This document shows, piece after piece, positions 16,323 to 19,670 of a DNA stretch of 19,670 bases. Source of the DNA: Pseudomonadota bacterium. Lineage in GTDB: Bacteria; Bdellovibrionota_B; Oligoflexia; Oligoflexales; RGVZ01. The position numbers and the translations under genes were made by a program. Location of the stretch: positions 1-19,670 of the forward strand of contig JBEGVZ010000013.1 in assembly GCA_041178085.1 (NCBI GenBank), written 5' to 3'. How positions within the stretch are numbered: position 1 is the first letter of the stretch; each line of letters opens with the position of its first letter. The notes under the pieces are model-generated. The model worked only from the letters and a program-made list of their open reading frames with translations. It was not told where the DNA came from and ran no database searches.

Positions 16323-17341
16323 TCGAGCTCCAGCCATTCATGGATGTGCGGATAAACATCGTGTTCCACATGCATGCCCAGCACGATGTCTGAATGCCCG
16401 TAATCGCTCCGGTGACCGTGGGCTTTGCCAATGATGACCAGATCTTTCCAACCACCGGCTGCACGCCACGCAGCGTCCACGGCTGAAGCTGGAACCAGCA
16501 TGTCGTGACTTGCACGGATGAAACGCAAGGGCACCGGTGATTGTGCAAGCGCGGACGTGTAGTTGATTGAACCACACGCAGAGTAGATTCCGTCCCTGCC
16601 GGCCCACGACTTCACTTGCCTCAGCAAGTCTCTTGAAATGTCCGCGCCGATGTGGCGGATCAGCTGCTTGGCGAATCCGAGTTCGTAGTTCGATTTGAAT
16701 CCAAGCGACGGTTCATTGCGGGGAGTCAAAAGCGGAAACAAGAGTCCCAGCACAGCCAGCCATGCGCGATTGGGCAGCCGGTGCAATGGCAGTCGCGTAC
16801 ACAGCTCGAGCATCATTCGTAGACGCGGAGGCAAGCCGCTGATGCGACCAGGGCCTGCAATGGCGACGCCCTTGCGAATGCCGACGCCCCCGACTTGCCC
16901 GCGATGGTGTCCAGCCAAGGCGTAAAGGATCGTTGCGCCCATCGAATGCCCAACCCAGTCGACTTCATCGTGCCCGGTGAGTTGCCTCACGCCAGCCAAC
17001 AATGCCGGGACATCTTCCTGGACGTAGGAATCAAAGTTGTAGCGCCACGCGGCGGAACGATTTGCATCGGGAGTAAGATCGACCGAGCGACCAGCGCCAC
17101 GCAGTTCGACCACGCACACATCCCTCCCGCGGCTGGCAAGCCAGCGCGCCAGGCTGGTCCGGTAACCGGGGGCCAGATTGAAGCGATTCGCACCCAGCCC
17201 GTGACAAAGCACAATCGGGGGCTTCGCTGGTGCCCTCAACGGACCAGGTCGAAAACGATAGATAGGCAACACCCAGCCATCGCGTGTTGTCACGGTGGTT
17301 TCTTCGTCTGCCCCTGTGCTCCACGATCCGGGGTTTTCCAT
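16190..17341 (-). CDS. Alpha/beta-fold serine hydrolase (lipase/esterase, PhaC-like fold; ~383 aa)
   Basis: Motifs TRDGWVL, oxyanion LCHGLGAN, ELRGAG, nucleophile elbow WVGHSMG, acid in SHDMLVP and His in YGHSD. GAGGGAG precedes ATG 17341. The longer ORF start at 17530 runs through the intergenic region. Confidence 0.88.
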   Translation of the reverse strand: MENPGSWSTGADEETTVTTRDGWVLPIYRFRPGPLRAPAKPPIVLCHGLGANRFNLAPGYRTSLARWLASRGRDVCVVELRGAGRSVDLTPDANRSAAWRYNFDSYVQEDVPALLAGVRQLTGHDEVDWVGHSMGATILYALAGHHRGQVGGVGIRKGVAIAGPGRISGLPPRLRMMLELCTRLPLHRLPNRAWLAVLGLLFPLLTPRNEPSLGFKSNYELGFAKQLIRHIGADISRDLLRQVKSWAGRDGIYSACGSINYTSALAQSPVPLRFIRASHDMLVPASAVDAAWRAAGGWKDLVIIGKAHGHRSDYGHSDIVLGMHVEHDVYPHIHEWLELDQSEIPAPKRALIFDISSDTKLNPSSKEIPGLTSNASGQVAAAR

Positions 17342-17473
17342 GGCCCGATTCGTCTCCCTCAATCCCGGAACAAGCGGGAAAAATGTGATCCAGTGACCAA
17401 AAAGTCTACATGGACGGCGAAAATCGCGACGTCTTAACTTCCTGTAATGACCGGTAATAAATTGTTGCTCATC

Positions 17474-17489
17474 CGGCACGGATTCTGCA
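17474..17489 (+). promoter_or_regulatory. sigma54 (RpoN) -24/-12 promoter
   Basis: CGGCACGGATTCTGCA matches YGGCACG-N4-YTGCW with exact GG-N10-GC spacing, 62 nt upstream of ATG 17552. It is preceded by an AT-rich tract (about 17445-17465). Confidence 0.7.
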
Positions 17490-17551
17490 ACTCCAGGCAC
17501 ATCCAAATCGGAAACTGCACCGGGTTCCATCTTTCACGAAGGGTATTGGAC

Positions 17552-18292
17552 ATGTTGAAATCGGCTTCAAAAACTGTAGTAAAAACGGCAATTTCGATCT
17601 CTATTTTGGCGACCATGGCCACGGCCTGCGGGGCTCCCAAAAACAACGCTGCGGGGCTTGACGGGACTGACAACCCACCCCTGAACCGGGCCGAACTTCG
17701 CCGGATCAGCGGCGTCGTGTCGGATGTGAGCAACGCCTTTGCCAATATCGCGCCAACGATACCGCGAGAACTTCTCCGTTCCGCCCAATGCGTCGCGGTG
17801 CTGCGCACCGTTCAGGCAGGCTTCATTTTTGGCGGAACCGGTGGAGACGGAATGGCCACGTGCCGCATGCCTGACGGGTCGTGGAGTGCTCCGACCTTCC
17901 TGGCGCAGGGCGGGGCATCCGTTGGCCTGCAGATCGGCGGGGGCGTGGTCGAAACCGTCCTTCTGTTCATGAACGACACCGGGCGTCAGGTCCTGGAGCG
18001 CGCAGAGTTCACCGTCGGAGCCGGCATCGGCGCCATGGTCGGTCCGATCAGCGGTGGTTCTGGTTCAGCCGTATCACCGACTGCGAACATCCTGACTTGG
18101 AGCCGGGGCGTGGGCCTTCAGGCGCGCCTTGTCATCGATGGCGTGGTGATTTCGCATGCCAGCCAGCGCAACTACAAGGTATACCAGAACCTCGGCACAC
18201 CCGCGGCGACGGACATCCTCAAGACGCCCGCTGCCTTGACGCCGATGATTGCGACTCCGTTTGTAGATACCGTGATGCGACTGTCCATCTGA
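17552..18292 (+). CDS. Ysc84/SYLF-domain lipid-binding lipoprotein (246 aa)
   Basis: SYLF motifs IPRELLRSAQCVAV, AGFIFGGTGGDG, GSWSAPTF, GASVGLQIG, TWSRGVGL and N..VY. The signal peptide ends in a lipobox-like ATA-C (Cys26). Confidence 0.88.
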   Translation: MLKSASKTVVKTAISISILATMATACGAPKNNAAGLDGTDNPPLNRAELRRISGVVSDVSNAFANIAPTIPRELLRSAQCVAVLRTVQAGFIFGGTGGDGMATCRMPDGSWSAPTFLAQGGASVGLQIGGGVVETVLLFMNDTGRQVLERAEFTVGAGIGAMVGPISGGSGSAVSPTANILTWSRGVGLQARLVIDGVVISHASQRNYKVYQNLGTPAATDILKTPAALTPMIATPFVDTVMRLSI

Positions 18293-18314
18293 TCGCTTCG
18301 CAAGGACTGAAACC

Positions 18315-18345
18315 AACGGGTCTGCACTTGCAGGCCCGTTTTTTT
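18315..18345 (+). terminator. Rho-independent terminator
   Basis: AACGGGTCTGC-ACTT-GCAGGCCCGTT stem-loop with one G-U pair, running into a T7 tract, about 22 nt after the lipoprotein stop. Confidence 0.85.
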
Positions 18346-18362
18346 ATCAGGGATTTTCAACC

Positions 18363-19568
18363 ATGAATTTTGCGCTGGTCACGTTTCTGTTTTTCGCCTG
18401 GGGTTTCATCACTTGCCTTAACGACATCTTGATCCCACATCTGAAGTCCGTTTTCTCCCTGGGATACACCGAAGCGGCACTGATCCAGTTCGCATTTTTC
18501 ATCGCCTACTTCATCGGCGCCATTCCAGCGGGCTCAATCACCGCACGGCTTGGCTACCAGAAGTCACTGGTCACCGGACTTGCCACTTGCGCGGTTGGAG
18601 CCGTGCTGTTCTATCCCGCAGCGCAGATTGAATCTTTCCCGATGTTTCTGGTTGCGCTTTTCGTCCTGGCGCTTGGCATCACCACGTTGCAAGTCGCAGC
18701 AAATCCATACGTAACGTTGCTTGGTGCGCCTGAAACCTCCTCCAGTCGACTAACCCTGACCCAGGCTTTCAATTCGCTCGGCACGGCGGTCGCGCCCTGG
18801 ATCGGTGGATGGCTGATCCTCCAGCAATCGACCGCAGGTAATGCAGGGGCCCAGCAAGTTCAGGGACCATACCTTGCAATGGCATTTATCCTGGCCACGC
18901 TTGCCGTCGTGTTCTCGCGGACAAAATTGCCCACCGTTTCCGAAAAAATTGAATCATTCTCTTTGCATACTGCGCGTCAGGCGCTGGAACACAAAACCCT
19001 GCGTCTGGCCGTGATCGGCATTTTTGTTTACGTCGGTGCTGAAGTTTCCATCGGCAGCTTCCTGGTCAACTACCTGACCGGGGTTGCCCGGATGGCCTCC
19101 ACGGAACATGAGGCCGCACGCTATGTTTCGCTTTACTGGAGCGGCGCCATGATCGGCCGGTTCATCGGCGGAGCCCTGATGCAAAAAATATCGGGCGCAA
19201 AAGTGCTGGCCGCAGGCGCCCTGACAGCTGTGGCTCTTCTAATCACAGCGAACCTGTCTACCGGCCAGGTCGCAGGTTACGCACTGATCGCTGTCGGCCT
19301 TTGCAATTCAATCATGTTCCCGACTATTTTTGCGCTCGGAGTCTCTGGCCTTGGCACCCTGACCAGCATCGGTTCAAGCCTGCTGGTCATGGCCATTGTC
19401 GGTGGCGCGCTGCTGCCTCTTGTCGTCGGCGCGGTGGCCGACACCTCTGGCCTGCAAGCAGCCCTCGCATTGCCCGCGGTCTGCTATGGATACATCGCCT
19501 GGTTTGCCTGGCAGTGTGCCGGTGACGGCTCGCCCAAATTCATCTCAGCGAAAAAGGGCGGCCATTGA
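18363..19568 (+). CDS. Sugar MFS transporter of the FucP/GluP (glucose/galactose/fucose:H+ symporter) family
   Basis: Motifs LFFAWGFITCLNDILIPHLK, QFAFFIAYF, LQVAANPYV, QAFNSLG, YVGAEV, YWSGAMIGRF, NSIMFPTIF and MAIVGGA. About 12 hydrophobic segments. Confidence 0.95.
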   Translation: MNFALVTFLFFAWGFITCLNDILIPHLKSVFSLGYTEAALIQFAFFIAYFIGAIPAGSITARLGYQKSLVTGLATCAVGAVLFYPAAQIESFPMFLVALFVLALGITTLQVAANPYVTLLGAPETSSSRLTLTQAFNSLGTAVAPWIGGWLILQQSTAGNAGAQQVQGPYLAMAFILATLAVVFSRTKLPTVSEKIESFSLHTARQALEHKTLRLAVIGIFVYVGAEVSIGSFLVNYLTGVARMASTEHEAARYVSLYWSGAMIGRFIGGALMQKISGAKVLAAGALTAVALLITANLSTGQVAGYALIAVGLCNSIMFPTIFALGVSGLGTLTSIGSSLLVMAIVGGALLPLVVGAVADTSGLQAALALPAVCYGYIAWFAWQCAGDGSPKFISAKKGGH

Positions 19569-19592
19569 TTTGATGCCGGTTTAGACGGGGGT

Positions 19593-19670
19593 TTAGCGGC
19601 TCTTATTGGCGAGCAGATCGCGAATTTCCGTCAGCAACTTTTGTTCAGCAGTGGGACCTGGTGCTGGAGC
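19593..19670 (-). CDS. mscL: Large-conductance mechanosensitive channel, 3' end only (gene continues beyond the window)
   Basis: The minus strand translates to APAPGPTAEQKLLTEIRDLLANKSR*. LLTEIRDLL is the characteristic MscL C-terminal helix. It is not in the ORF track because it is truncated. Confidence 0.88.
   Translation of the reverse strand, partial: APAPGPTAEQKLLTEIRDLLANKSR

Noticed and set aside
17342..17551. Long upstream starts for the hydrolase (17530) and the SYLF protein (17447)
   Set aside because: They would overlap head-to-head and cover the sigma54 site. Downstream starts have RBS-like sequences, and ATG 17552 gives a proper signal peptide.
19578..19596. Short direct repeat GGTTTAG-N5-GGTTTAG between the MFS gene and mscL
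   Set aside because: Two copies of a 7-mer, one overlapping the mscL stop, are compatible with chance.
1..19670. CRISPR arrays, tRNA/rRNA, IS elements, prophage or defence genes
   Set aside because: No repeat-spacer periodicity, RNA-gene signature, transposase or integrase was seen, and nearly all sequence is accounted for by the listed CDSs.

Overview
Bacterial chromosomal window of moderately high GC. The gene content and the fused pur genes are reminiscent of Bdellovibrionota/Oligoflexia-like deltaproteobacteria, but this is an impression and not tested. Left to right: a LysR regulator (+); a tightly coupled minus-strand purine operon, purF-[degenerate purE-like::purC]-purD-purN-[purS-like::purL]-purQ-purH-purM; a divergent three-gene operon (+) encoding a BesD/HalD-like Fe(II)/2-oxoglutarate oxygenase with an HxD triad, an aldehyde dehydrogenase with an atypical catalytic loop and a methylaspartate ammonia-lyase (MAL)-like enzyme; an alpha/beta hydrolase (-); a sigma54-preceded Ysc84/SYLF lipoprotein with a terminator; a FucP/GluP-type sugar MFS transporter; and the 3' end of mscL (-). 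The MAL-like enzyme keeps the metal ligands and catalytic Lys but has a remodelled substrate pocket. The best candidate for an undescribed system is the oxygenase-ALDH-MAL-like operon with its structured leader. The second is the apparently catalytically degenerate PurE-like region fused to PurC. No CRISPR array, RNA gene or mobile element was seen. All family assignments are from motif recognition; no database search was run.
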